The notes beneath the pieces are model-generated. The model was not told the DNA's origin. It saw only the letters and a list, made by a program, of their open reading frames with translations, and ran no database searches. From a bacterium (GTDB taxonomy: Bacteria; Patescibacteriota; Minisyncoccia; Phycocordibacterales; UBA9973): a stretch of 64,000 nucleotides of DNA. This document shows positions 29,447-38,532 of this stretch, piece by piece (the stretch's first letter is position 1; each line of letters opens with the position of its first letter). The stretch lies in contig JBAXXQ010000001.1 of NCBI GenBank assembly GCA_037127795.1, positions 335,505 through 399,504 on the forward strand, in the 5' to 3' direction. The translations under genes were made by a program, and so were the position numbers.

Positions 29447-30031
29447 ATGACTATCAAATTCACACTAGGAATAATTGCAGGGATCATATCTTCTTTGGCA
29501 TATATAGTTTATATATATTCTATTCTTAAAGGGGAAAGTAAGCCGAGTAGGGTGACTTGGTGGGTTTGGACTTTTATGGGGCTTATACTTGCTATAAGTT
29601 ATTATTTTTCTGGCGCAAGAAATACTATATGGTCACCAATAGTAGAATTCATAGGCCCACTAATAATTGCATTACTATCTATTACATATGGTGAGGGTGG
29701 AGTTGAAGAAAAATCAGATGTGATATGTTTTTTTGGAGGTATTGTAAGTATTATACTTTGGATAGTCTTTAAATCTCCGATTGTTGCATTGGTAACAAGT
29801 TTGTTTAGTGATATGTTTGCAATAATCCCTACAATTAAAAAGTCATATTTGAGACCACAAGATGAAAATATATGGGCATGGTTTGGCACAGGTATTGCTG
29901 ATACTACAAATCTTTTTGCCGCAGAAAGAATGTCTTTTGGAATACTAGTATATCCTGCATATATGGTTGCTGTAGATTTTATAGTAGTTTTGGTTTTGTT
30001 TGTCAGTAAGAAGAAAAGGAAAACAATGTAG
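29447..30031 (+). CDS. Hypothetical polytopic membrane protein
   Basis: Five to six TM helices; basic C-terminus. Confidence 0.45.
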   Translation: MTIKFTLGIIAGIISSLAYIVYIYSILKGESKPSRVTWWVWTFMGLILAISYYFSGARNTIWSPIVEFIGPLIIALLSITYGEGGVEEKSDVICFFGGIVSIILWIVFKSPIVALVTSLFSDMFAIIPTIKKSYLRPQDENIWAWFGTGIADTTNLFAAERMSFGILVYPAYMVAVDFIVVLVLFVSKKKRKTM

Positions 30032-30095
30032 AACATGTTAGGAAGTTTTTATTTTTTTATATAGGTCTTTTCTTATGAGAAAGACGATATAATAC

Positions 30096-30124
30096 TTGAC
30101 AAATATAGTATATTATTATAATAT
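30096..30124 (+). promoter_or_regulatory. Sigma70-like promoter: consensus -35 TTGACA with TATAAT/TAATAT -10 candidates
   Basis: TTGACA at 30096-30101; TATAAT at 30117-30122 (15-nt spacer) or TAATAT at 30119-30124 (17-nt spacer). Confidence 0.45.
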
Positions 30125-30154
30125 ATATTTATAAAGTTCCTTGATCGAGATTTG

Positions 30155-30202
30155 TTTGGTGAACATAGTATCTATAGAAATATAGGTTTTCTGTTCACCA
30201 AA
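30155..30202 (+). promoter_or_regulatory. Nested inverted repeat TTTGGTGAACA-N26-TGTTCACCAAA in the 5' UTR of the 30214 gene
   Basis: Perfect 11-bp arms; the loop contains a second IR CTATAG-AAA-TATAG; ends 12 nt before the ATG. Confidence 0.45.
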
Positions 30203-30213
30203 TTAAAATTAAA

Positions 30214-30639
30214 ATGATAAATAAACAAGCTTCTTTTACTAAAATGTTAGAAACTATTTTAGCAAACGGTGTTGGTTTTAAAAAAATCTATTTTCTTTGT
30301 AATTATTCATATGATGAAATATACTCAGAAGATTTTGAGCCTATATGTAAATTTGATAATAGAGGTGATTTAGTTATTAAGTTTTCTGACGGGGTTCAGT
30401 ATTTAGGAGGTTTAAAACTTACAAAGAATGATTTCAAAAATGTTTTCTCTGATATACCAGTTGATGAGTGGATAGAATTAAAATTAGATTTTGACTACTT
30501 AGACTACAATGTTGGTATCTATTTAAGATTTGAAACAGAATTTAAGAGTACGGACGGTACCGTAGGAGAAGGTATGATAGATGTATTTTATAGATATCAA
30601 GGAGAAGGAGAAAAACAAAAAGAATACTTTGAAATTTAA
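30214..30639 (+). CDS. Hypothetical protein (141 aa)
   Basis: ORF downstream of a strong promoter and the IR; no domain recognised. Confidence 0.45.
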   Translation: MINKQASFTKMLETILANGVGFKKIYFLCNYSYDEIYSEDFEPICKFDNRGDLVIKFSDGVQYLGGLKLTKNDFKNVFSDIPVDEWIELKLDFDYLDYNVGIYLRFETEFKSTDGTVGEGMIDVFYRYQGEGEKQKEYFEI

Positions 30640-30694
30640 GTATTAAAAGGTCTCTCATGTAAATGAGGGATTTTTTTTATGGTATACTTTTAGT

Positions 30695-31561
30695 ATGAAA
30701 ACACTACGAGAATACATCAAAGATGCGCAGGATAGACATGTCGCGGTTGGGCATTTCAATTTTTCAAACTTAGAAGGGCTCCATGCTATTGCAAGAGCTG
30801 CAAAAAAGCTCAACGTGCCAGTGATTGTCGGTACTTCAGAAGGTGAGGAAGACGCTGTCGGTACAGAAGAAGCTGCAAGTCTTGTCGCTACTATTCGTCA
30901 TGGGTGGAATATTCCAATATTTCTCAATGCTGATCATCACTATAGTTTTGAGCGAGTAAAAAAGGCTATTGATGTAGGATATGATGCAGTGATTTTTGAT
31001 GGCGCAGCGTTACCACTCGATGAAAATATAGCCAAGGCGAAACAATGCGTAGAATACGCGCGCTCAGTAAGTAGTCAGACGGGGAGAGATATTCTCGTAG
31101 AAGTAGAGCTTGGGTATATCGGACAAAGCTCAAAAGTACTCGATGCAATACCAGAAGGGGTAGAAATGGTAAGTAACCCAGATGACGCAGTTTCTTTTTT
31201 GCAACACACAGGTGCAGATATGCTTGCTCCTGCAGTGGGGAATTTTCATGGCCTTCTTCGCCATGCACAAAAACCTCGCCTCAATATAGATGCAATAAAA
31301 AATATTCGTGCAAAAACTGATGCACCACTCGTATTACACGGAGGTTCTGGAGAAGAAGCAGACTTTGTTGCAGTTATCGATGCAGGGATCGCTATTATCC
31401 ATGTGAATACTGAGCTTCGCAAAGCATACACAGAAGCACTCGAAATGCATATGCAAAAAAATCCTGATGATATTGCTCCGTACAAATATGGCGCAGTAGC
31501 AGAAGATGCAATGGAGGCGGTAGTATTACAAAAGCTAAAAATATTTAATAAATTACAATAA
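30695..31561 (+). CDS. fba: Class II fructose-bisphosphate aldolase
   Basis: HFNFSNLEG, LNADHH and LHGGSG zinc/substrate motifs. Confidence 0.9.
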   Translation: MKTLREYIKDAQDRHVAVGHFNFSNLEGLHAIARAAKKLNVPVIVGTSEGEEDAVGTEEAASLVATIRHGWNIPIFLNADHHYSFERVKKAIDVGYDAVIFDGAALPLDENIAKAKQCVEYARSVSSQTGRDILVEVELGYIGQSSKVLDAIPEGVEMVSNPDDAVSFLQHTGADMLAPAVGNFHGLLRHAQKPRLNIDAIKNIRAKTDAPLVLHGGSGEEADFVAVIDAGIAIIHVNTELRKAYTEALEMHMQKNPDDIAPYKYGAVAEDAMEAVVLQKLKIFNKLQ

Positions 31562-31562
31562 T

Positions 31563-33239
31563 ATGTTACCAATAGCAGAGATTCAAAAATTACTCGAAGG
31601 AGAAGTGTATGCCGATGATGCGACACTCGACAAATATTCACGTGATGCAAGCCTTTTTGAAATGCGACCACAAGCGGTAGTATTTCCCAAAAATAGTAAA
31701 GATATACAAGTACTTGTTGCTTGGGTGAATAGTCGTAAAAAAGATTTTTCAGATCTATCTATTACTATGCGTGCTGCAGGGACTTGTATGTCTGGAGGTG
31801 CTATCAATGAATCTATTGTTGTAGATACGAGCAAATACATGCATGGTGTACTAGAAGTGAATGCGCAAGAAAAATGGGCACGAGTACTTCCGGGGACATA
31901 TTATAGAGATTTTGATGCTGAGACTCGCAAATATAATCTTATTATGCCGACATATACCGCATCACGAGAGCTCTGTGCTGTAGGAGGAATGGTTGCAAAT
32001 AATTCTGGTGGTGAAAAATCTATTCAATACGGAAAGGTAGAAAATTTTATTCGCGAACTTACGGTGGTACTCACTGATGGGCACGAATATGTAGTGCGCC
32101 CACTATCTCACAAAGAATTGATGACAAAAATCGCTGGTGTGGGATTTGAGGCAGAATTGTATAAAAAGCTATATGCACTTATTACAGACAATCTTGCAAT
32201 TATACAAGCTGCAAAGCCACACGTAAGTAAAAACTCTGCCGGATATTATCTATGGAATGTGTATGACCCAGAAACAGAGATGTTTGATCTATGTCGTTTG
32301 ATTGTAGGAAGTCAGGGGACGTTGGGTATTGTGACAGAGATAGTGTGGAACTTGGTCCCAGTGAAAAAACACTCAGTACTTACTGTTGCATTTTTGAAAG
32401 ATCTCAAACAGCTCGGTAATATTGTAAATACATCACTTGCACAAAAGCCAGAGAGTGTAGAGTCGTACGATGACAATACACTCCATGTTGCAACAAAATT
32501 TTTTGGAGATTTTTTGAAAAAGAAAAAAGTATGGGGAATGATCAAGTTTATGTTTTCGTTCTTGCCAGAATTTTTTATGACTGTTGCAGGTGGTATCCCC
32601 AAAATGGTGCTCTTGGTAGAATTTGCTGGAGATGATGAAAAAGAAATACATCAAAAAGCTGATACACTCGCCAAAGAACTTAAACAAACATATAAGGTAC
32701 TTACTCATGTGACACAGACAGAAACAGAAGAAGAAAAATATTGGGAAGTGCGTCACGAGAGTTTCAACCTTCTTCGTAAGCACGTACAAGGCAAACATAC
32801 TGCGCCTTTTATAGATGACTTTATTATTTTGCCGAAATTTCTTCCAGAATTTTTGCCAAAGCTCGATACTATCCTCGCGCAATATAAACTCACCTATACA
32901 ATAGCAGGGCACCCTGGAGATGGGAATTTCCATATTATCCCTCTTATGGACCTCAAAGATCCAAAGACTCGCGAAATTATTTTGGAGCTTTCTGAAAAGG
33001 TGTATACGCTCGTACTCGAGTACAAAGGCTCTATCACTGCAGAGCACAATGATGGTATTATTCGTAGTCCATTTCTTGAAAAACAATATGGCGCAGAGAT
33101 TGTAGGATTATTTAAGCAAACCAAAGAATTGTTTGATCCGCTCTATATATTGAACCCGCACAAAAAAGTCGGTGTGACCAAAGAGGACATTGCAAAATAT
33201 CTTTCTCGTGGTGACTACGGCGAAGCAACAAAAAGGTAA
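31563..33239 (+). CDS. FAD-linked oxidase (GlcD / D-lactate dehydrogenase-like)
   Basis: FAD_binding_4 N-terminal region (MRAAGTCMSGGA) and FAD-oxidase C-terminal (AGHPGDGNFHI). Confidence 0.8.
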   Translation: MLPIAEIQKLLEGEVYADDATLDKYSRDASLFEMRPQAVVFPKNSKDIQVLVAWVNSRKKDFSDLSITMRAAGTCMSGGAINESIVVDTSKYMHGVLEVNAQEKWARVLPGTYYRDFDAETRKYNLIMPTYTASRELCAVGGMVANNSGGEKSIQYGKVENFIRELTVVLTDGHEYVVRPLSHKELMTKIAGVGFEAELYKKLYALITDNLAIIQAAKPHVSKNSAGYYLWNVYDPETEMFDLCRLIVGSQGTLGIVTEIVWNLVPVKKHSVLTVAFLKDLKQLGNIVNTSLAQKPESVESYDDNTLHVATKFFGDFLKKKKVWGMIKFMFSFLPEFFMTVAGGIPKMVLLVEFAGDDEKEIHQKADTLAKELKQTYKVLTHVTQTETEEEKYWEVRHESFNLLRKHVQGKHTAPFIDDFIILPKFLPEFLPKLDTILAQYKLTYTIAGHPGDGNFHIIPLMDLKDPKTREIILELSEKVYTLVLEYKGSITAEHNDGIIRSPFLEKQYGAEIVGLFKQTKELFDPLYILNPHKKVGVTKEDIAKYLSRGDYGEATKR

Positions 33240-33280
33240 TATAGTCAATAGCTTGCAGATTTTACAAAAAAGCTCTTTTT

Positions 33281-33925
33281 GTGTATAGTGTACCCACTAT
33301 GATTACATTATCTGCAGAAAAACGAACAAATGAAAAGCCAGAAGCGCTTCGCGCAATGGAAAAGATACCAGCAGTATTTTATGGTGCAGGCACAATTGCA
33401 ACATCAATTATTGTTTCAACAAAAGAATTTACTAAAATCTGGAAAGAAGCCGGAGAAACAACAGCTATCACCCTTGCTGTAGGAGACACAAAGGTAAACG
33501 TACTTATCCATGATGTACAAAAAGATCCTCGCTTGGATGCAGTAACTCACGTTGATTTCTTGGTTATCGATATGAAAAAAGAAGTTGAAGTTGCTGTACC
33601 GCTCGTATTTACTGGTGTTGCAGAAGCAGAAAAAGCAGCTGGTGGTACATTTGTTACAGTACTCCACGATCTCGAAGTTCGCGCACTTCCTGCAGACCTC
33701 CCACATGAAATCACTGTTGATGTAACAGTATTGCAAACTCTCGAAGATAAGATTCTTGCAAGTAATGTAAAACTTCCAAAAGGAGTATCACTTGTGACGG
33801 AAGGTGAAGAAGTAGTAGCGCTTGTTGCTCCATTTGCTGAAGAAAAAGAAGAATCAGCTCCTATGGATCTCTCTGCTATCGAAGTAGAAAAGAAAGGTAA
33901 GAAAGAAGACGAAGCTGCAGAATAA
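33281..33925 (+). CDS. rplY: 50S ribosomal protein L25 (Ctc form)
   Basis: RTNEKPEALRAMEKIPAVFYG N-terminus; Ctc-type C-terminal extension. Confidence 0.9.
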   Translation: MYSVPTMITLSAEKRTNEKPEALRAMEKIPAVFYGAGTIATSIIVSTKEFTKIWKEAGETTAITLAVGDTKVNVLIHDVQKDPRLDAVTHVDFLVIDMKKEVEVAVPLVFTGVAEAEKAAGGTFVTVLHDLEVRALPADLPHEITVDVTVLQTLEDKILASNVKLPKGVSLVTEGEEVVALVAPFAEEKEESAPMDLSAIEVEKKGKKEDEAAE

Positions 33926-33967
33926 TCTCCTACAAGATTCATTTTCATGCTATAATAAAACCCTACT

Positions 33968-35344
33968 ATGCGTAAGGGTTTTATTATTTTTATAGGAAGT
34001 ATATATACACTCACTACATTTTTTAGTGGTGTTGTTTTTGCACAATCTGTAGATACGAGTACACCAGACGTATGTAAAACAGCTACAAGTTCAGATATTG
34101 TCCAGGCATGTGCGGATTTTGCACAAGAAAATGTAAAACTTATTGCACTCCAAAAGCAGCTCGCTGCGCAAAAACAAAAGACTGGTGGGTTACAAAAAAA
34201 CGTAAATGAGCTTGTTGCAAAGATTACTGCAACACAATCAAAAATCAAATCTCAAATAGCCCTTATTAGTAAGCTTTCTGTAGAAATTAACTATAAAACA
34301 AAGGTTATTACAGAGCTTGGTAATGAGCTTGATCGCGAACATGCGTCTATGTCGCAATTACTCAAAAAGTCTGATGAGATAGACCGCCAAGGGGCTGCAT
34401 ATGTACTTTTTAGTGCACATTCAGTGTCTTCATGGTACCAAAATCTTGATGATTTCTTTTCAATAAAAGGATCTCTATATGCATCTTTGAATAAGGTAAA
34501 AAATGTAAAATCTCAAACAGAAGATCAAAAATCTCAACTACAAGACAAACAGTCTCTTGCGCTTGATGCAAAATCAAATCTTGAATTCCAAAAACAACAA
34601 ATTCAATCTTCTGAAGCAGAGGTGCACAAAATGCTTGATAGTAGTAAGACACAAGAAAAGATAGTGCAAGATACACTCGCAGAGCAACAAAAGAAGGTTG
34701 CACAAATTCAAAGTAAATTGTTCCAATTTGCTGGAGGTGGTAAGGCTATTCCATTTAAAGATGCGTATGCGTATGCAACAACTGCAGCAGCTACTACTGG
34801 AGTACACGCTTCATTTATCCTTGCTATTTTGACTCAAGAATCAAACTTGGGTAAAAACGTAGGAACTTGTAATCGTGCAGGAGATCCAGTATCTAAGAGT
34901 TGGAAAAACATTATGAATCCTACTCGTGATCAACCAGCATTTTTGCGTATTACTGGAGCTCTCGGACTCAATCCAGATACAACACCTGTATCATGTCCTA
35001 TAGGGACCGGTGGTTGGGGTGGTGGTATGGGGCCTGCGCAGTTTATCCCATCTTCATGGGAAGGTATTGCAAGTAAGGTCGCAAGTGCATTAGGGGTGAC
35101 GTCTGCGAACCCCTGGAGTCCTCGAGATGCTATTATGGCAGCAGGATTTCTCTTGAAGAGTAATGGTGCAGCAGGGGGTACGACTAGTGCAGAAAAAAAT
35201 GCTGCGTGTAGGTACTACTCAGGTCGCGCATGTGATAGTAAGCGTCCACCAAACAGTTTCTATGGTTCTAGTGTTATAAAAATAGAGCTCGGTATTCAGG
35301 CAGATATTGATTATTTGGAAAAATATGGTGTTTCTAGAAGATAA
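33968..35344 (+). CDS. Secreted cell-wall hydrolase: N-terminal coiled-coil plus C-terminal lytic-transglycosylase-like domain
   Basis: Signal peptide; long Q/K-rich coiled coil; [12 protein letters not shown] (SLT catalytic Glu) and [16 protein letters not shown] motifs. Confidence 0.6.
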   Translation: MRKGFIIFIGSIYTLTTFFSGVVFAQSVDTSTPDVCKTATSSDIVQACADFAQENVKLIALQKQLAAQKQKTGGLQKNVNELVAKITATQSKIKSQIALISKLSVEINYKTKVITELGNELDREHASMSQLLKKSDEIDRQGAAYVLFSAHSVSSWYQNLDDFFSIKGSLYASLNKVKNVKSQTEDQKSQLQDKQSLALDAKSNLEFQKQQIQSSEAEVHKMLDSSKTQEKIVQDTLAEQQKKVAQIQSKLFQFAGGGKAIPFKDAYAYATTAAATTGVHASFILAILTQESNLGKNVGTCNRAGDPVSKSWKNIMNPTRDQPAFLRITGALGLNPDTTPVSCPIGTGGWGGGMGPAQFIPSSWEGIASKVASALGVTSANPWSPRDAIMAAGFLLKSNGAAGGTTSAEKNAACRYYSGRACDSKRPPNSFYGSSVIKIELGIQADIDYLEKYGVSRR

Positions 35345-35403
35345 TAGGGGATTTTACCCAAGGACTTGAATTTAAAAGACTTATCTGGTATTATCTACAG
35401 ACT

Positions 35404-35655
35404 ATGAAAAAAGATATCCACCCAAATAACTTTCGAGACGTTGTATTTCATGACAACTCTTCTGACGCAGAATTTATCGTTGGTTCTACTGTAAAAACAA
35501 CAGAAACAACAACTGTAAATGGCAAGGAATACCCATTGTTCCGTGTTGAAATTTCAAGTGCTTCACATCCATTCTATACAGGTACAGAAAAAGTTATTGA
35601 CACTGCTGGACGTGTTGATCGTTTCAACAAGCGTCGCGCTGTTGCAAAAAAATAA
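35404..35655 (+). CDS. rpmE2: 50S ribosomal protein L31 type B (zinc-independent)
   Basis: MKKDIHPN...HPFYTG without the CxxC pair. Confidence 0.9.
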   Translation: MKKDIHPNNFRDVVFHDNSSDAEFIVGSTVKTTETTTVNGKEYPLFRVEISSASHPFYTGTEKVIDTAGRVDRFNKRRAVAKK

Positions 35656-35688
35656 CGCCTTATAAAAAATGCCTCGATATATTATTTA

Positions 35689-36660
35689 TTGGGGCATTTT
35701 TTATTGTATACTTACACATATATGGATATTGAAGCATTAAAAAAGAATCCTCGAACACAATACCTCGCCCAAGAATACGAGAAGCTAGAGAAGCAGGAAG
35801 TAGAGCTCCAAGAGCTCATTGCTACAGATCCGTCTATGAAAGAGCTCGCACTTGAAGATATGAATTCTATTGCAACTCAAAAAACCGCACTTGAGACTCA
35901 AATAAAATCTATAGAAGAAGCAGAAAAAGAAGAAGAGGAATTTCCTAATGAAGTCGTACTTGAAGCTCGTGCTGGTGCGGGAGGGGACGAAGCAGCGCTT
36001 TTTGCACAACAACTTGTAGAGATGTATGAACGCTATGTAGATATGCACCCAGGCTGGAATTCTCGTCACCTTGATGAATATACACTCGAAATTAAAGGAA
36101 AAGATGTCTATAAGCTTCTTCGGTATGAGACAGGGGTACATCGTGTACAGCGCGTCCCTGTAACAGAAAAAAACGGCCGTATCCATACATCTACTGCATC
36201 TATTGCAGTACTTCCTATGCGCAAAAAAGTTACTTTTGAAATCAATCCAAGTGATTTGGAAATGGAATATTCTCGTTCTGGAGGAGCTGGTGGGCAAAAT
36301 GTGAACAAGGTTGAGACTGCAGTGCGCCTTATTCACAAACCTACTGGTATCGATGTACGTAGTACCGCAGAACGTAGTCAGCTTGCAAACCGTGAACGCG
36401 CATTTAGTATTTTGCAGGCCAAATTGCAACAATTGAAAGAAGAGGAAGAAGCAAAAAAATACTCTGGTGTCCGTAAAGACCAGATTGGTACCGCAGATAG
36501 AAGTGAAAAAATCCGTACATACAACTTCCCACAAGACCGGGTGACAGATCACCGTATTCGCCAAAACTGGTCAAATATCGAAGGTATTATGATGGGGAAA
36601 ATCGATAAAATTATTGATGCTTTGCAAACAGGTGCTGTCGGGGATGCAGAAGAGGAATAA
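35689..36660 (+). CDS. prfA: Peptide chain release factor 1
   Basis: GGQ motif ([17 protein letters not shown]) and PVT tripeptide; no SPF; probable start at MDIEALKK (35722). Confidence 0.85.
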   Translation: MGHFLLYTYTYMDIEALKKNPRTQYLAQEYEKLEKQEVELQELIATDPSMKELALEDMNSIATQKTALETQIKSIEEAEKEEEEFPNEVVLEARAGAGGDEAALFAQQLVEMYERYVDMHPGWNSRHLDEYTLEIKGKDVYKLLRYETGVHRVQRVPVTEKNGRIHTSTASIAVLPMRKKVTFEINPSDLEMEYSRSGGAGGQNVNKVETAVRLIHKPTGIDVRSTAERSQLANRERAFSILQAKLQQLKEEEEAKKYSGVRKDQIGTADRSEKIRTYNFPQDRVTDHRIRQNWSNIEGIMMGKIDKIIDALQTGAVGDAEEE

Positions 36661-36671
36661 TTTGATACTAT

Positions 36672-36699
36672 TTGAATTTTTTTAAAAATTTGCTATAGT
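36672..36699 (+). promoter_or_regulatory. Sigma70-like promoter TTGAAT-N16-TATAGT upstream of tRNA-Ile
   Basis: Hexamers read in sequence, about 70 nt upstream of the tRNA 5' end. Confidence 0.5.
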
Positions 36700-36727
36700 A
36701 ATGATCGATAAAGGTATTTACGTGTTC

Positions 36728-36770
36728 CGGCCCTGCTGGTCCGGAATCGATTTGCCTTCAATCGGCAAAT
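36728..36770 (+). other. Structured tRNA leader: two hairpins (TTCCGG-N10-CCGGAA; GATTTGCC-TTCAATC-GGCAAATC)
   Basis: Perfect 6-bp and 8-bp inverted repeats immediately 5' of tRNA-Ile. Confidence 0.4.
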
Positions 36771-36771
36771 C

Positions 36772-36843
36772 GCGTGTATAGTTCAGTGGTAGAACGCTGT
36801 CCTGATAAGACAGAGGTCCATGGTCCGATTCCATGTACACGCA
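36772..36843 (+). tRNA. tRNA-Ile (anticodon GAU), no encoded CCA
   Basis: GCGTGTA acceptor, D-arm GTTC/AGTGGTA/GAAC, anticodon arm CTGTC-CTGATAA-GACAG, T-arm CATGG-TCCGATT-CCATG; atypical C at T-loop position 55. Confidence 0.75.
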
Positions 36844-37104
36844 CATATGACAAATATCGAGAGTTTTGATCAAGATCTTGATAAGATAGTAGAACGGGCA
36901 GATTTTCTTTCTATGGTTTGGGATAATTTAGAAAAAGGGGAGCCAGCTCCTATTTTTTCTGGTGACGCGGCAGATGCTCTATTTTATGCTGAAAAATTAG
37001 AACTTTTGATGGATTACAATCAAGAAGAAAATCAGCATGATGAAGGTGTCGTATTTTATGCTCAAGTACAAGCATATATTGATAATTTGAGAAAAATAAA
37101 ATGA
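36820..37104 (+). CDS. Hypothetical small acidic protein; the annotated start overlaps the tRNA, real start probably ATG at 36847
   Basis: ORF; no domain recognised. Confidence 0.4.
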   Translation: MVRFHVHAHMTNIESFDQDLDKIVERADFLSMVWDNLEKGEPAPIFSGDAADALFYAEKLELLMDYNQEENQHDEGVVFYAQVQAYIDNLRKIK

Positions 37105-37625
37105 TTATAGAATTTCAAAATACTAAAAATGATTATAAGGAATTTAGAAAAAATCTTATTCAGGTTTCTTTTAAAAAATTTCTAAAAAATAGACAGAAGT
37201 TAATTCTTAGTCCTTTGTTTATATTATTTTTTTATATCGTATCTATAATAGGTGGTCATTTTAATCCTTATAAATTCATATTAGGAGTAATTATTATTAT
37301 AATAATAATTTTTTCTCCATTATCAATATTTTTTATTAAGTCAGCATTAATAAGAAACAAGGAAAAAAAACGAAAAGAAAAAGGTTTTTATGATAGAAAA
37401 AAAATTACCACAACAGAAGATGGTTTATTGATCGAGAGTGATACAATTAATGAAGTTTTAAAATGGAAAGATATTGAAATGATACCTTCAGATAATAATT
37501 TTCGCTTTATTTTAATTACATGTAATAAAAAAATGATATTAATTCCTAAAAAGGTGTTTTTATTAGAAAGTGACGTTGAAAATTTTTTAACAATTATTAA
37601 AGAAGGCATTACAAAAACAAAATGA
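37101..37625 (+). CDS. YcxB-like (bPH) membrane protein
   Basis: Two TM helices then a beta-rich C-terminal segment; very AT-rich. Confidence 0.4.
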   Translation: MIIEFQNTKNDYKEFRKNLIQVSFKKFLKNRQKLILSPLFILFFYIVSIIGGHFNPYKFILGVIIIIIIIFSPLSIFFIKSALIRNKEKKRKEKGFYDRKKITTTEDGLLIESDTINEVLKWKDIEMIPSDNNFRFILITCNKKMILIPKKVFLLESDVENFLTIIKEGITKTK

Positions 37626-38314
37626 AATTATATGTCGTTGCAACACCTATAGGGAACCTCGCAGATTGCTCTCCTCGGGCCATACAGGCTCTTTCTGAGG
37701 CGACATTGATACTTGCTGAAGATACACGCACCACAGGGCAATTGTTCAAATTGCTCGGCGTACAAGGCAAAAAAGACTTTATAGCAAGCCATGCGCAAAG
37801 TAGCTCTGATGCAGTAATAAAAGCGCTTGCTCGTTGCGAAGAGCACGAAACTATCGCGCTTGTTACCGATGCGGGGACTCCGGCAATTTCTGATCCAGGC
37901 TCGCTTTTTATACACGCATTTCGGAAGCAATATCCTGAAGCACTTGTTATCCCTATACCAGGTGTTTCTGCTGTTATCACTGCGCTTTCTGTATCTGGAT
38001 TTCCATCAAGCCATTTTGAATTTATTGGTTTTATTCCACACAAAAAAGGGCGTCAAACACTGTTTAATTCTTTCATAGAAAAAGACCATACTGTTGTATG
38101 TTATGAATCTCCGCATCGTATTTTGAAAACACTGGAAGCGCTTGCGACGCTTATGCCAGAACGTGTATTGATGATAGGGAGAGAGATGACAAAAACTTTT
38201 GAAGAATATCCTGTAAAAACAGCACAAGATATGTACGCATACTATACAGCACATCCAGACAAAATACGGGGAGAATTTGTTGTGGTTATCGCACCAAAAT
38301 CTGGTATACTGTAA
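37622..38314 (+). CDS. rsmI: 16S rRNA (cytidine1402-2'-O)-methyltransferase
   Basis: MKLYVVATPIGNLADCSPRA...LAEDTR tetrapyrrole-methylase-family RsmI signature. Confidence 0.9.
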   Translation: MKLYVVATPIGNLADCSPRAIQALSEATLILAEDTRTTGQLFKLLGVQGKKDFIASHAQSSSDAVIKALARCEEHETIALVTDAGTPAISDPGSLFIHAFRKQYPEALVIPIPGVSAVITALSVSGFPSSHFEFIGFIPHKKGRQTLFNSFIEKDHTVVCYESPHRILKTLEALATLMPERVLMIGREMTKTFEEYPVKTAQDMYAYYTAHPDKIRGEFVVVIAPKSGIL

Positions 38315-38316
38315 AC

Positions 38317-38532
38317 ATGATTTTTCGATTACGAATTTTATGTTTAATAGGGGGCGTTTTATTATTTTTACCATTATTTAGTATGCCGATTTTCTTGTTG
38401 CATACGATATTAGTTATTTTTGGAATACTTTGTCTCTGGCTTTCATTTGGGGTACACAGACAAGCTTCGTTATTGTTGCGTACATATAAAGAATTAAAAG
38501 AAGGAAAAACACGAAAAAATACCTATGTCTAA
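38317..38532 (+). CDS. Small two-TM membrane protein
   Basis: Hydrophobic ORF between rsmI and ctpA with overlapping stops. Confidence 0.35.
   Translation: MIFRLRILCLIGGVLLFLPLFSMPIFLLHTILVIFGILCLWLSFGVHRQASLLLRTYKELKEGKTRKNTYV

Noticed and set aside
35689-36660. Possible prfB with programmed +1 frameshift, or an alternative genetic code (UGA recoding)
   Set aside because: The protein has the RF1 PVT motif and no SPF, and is a single intact ORF. Long housekeeping ORFs across the window are uninterrupted under the standard code, so there is no evidence for code 25 or a frameshift site.
36728-36770. Second tRNA immediately upstream of tRNA-Ile
   Set aside because: The two hairpins do not form a cloverleaf. 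The TTCAATC loop lacks the U33/purine-37 pattern, and no D-arm or T-arm is present.
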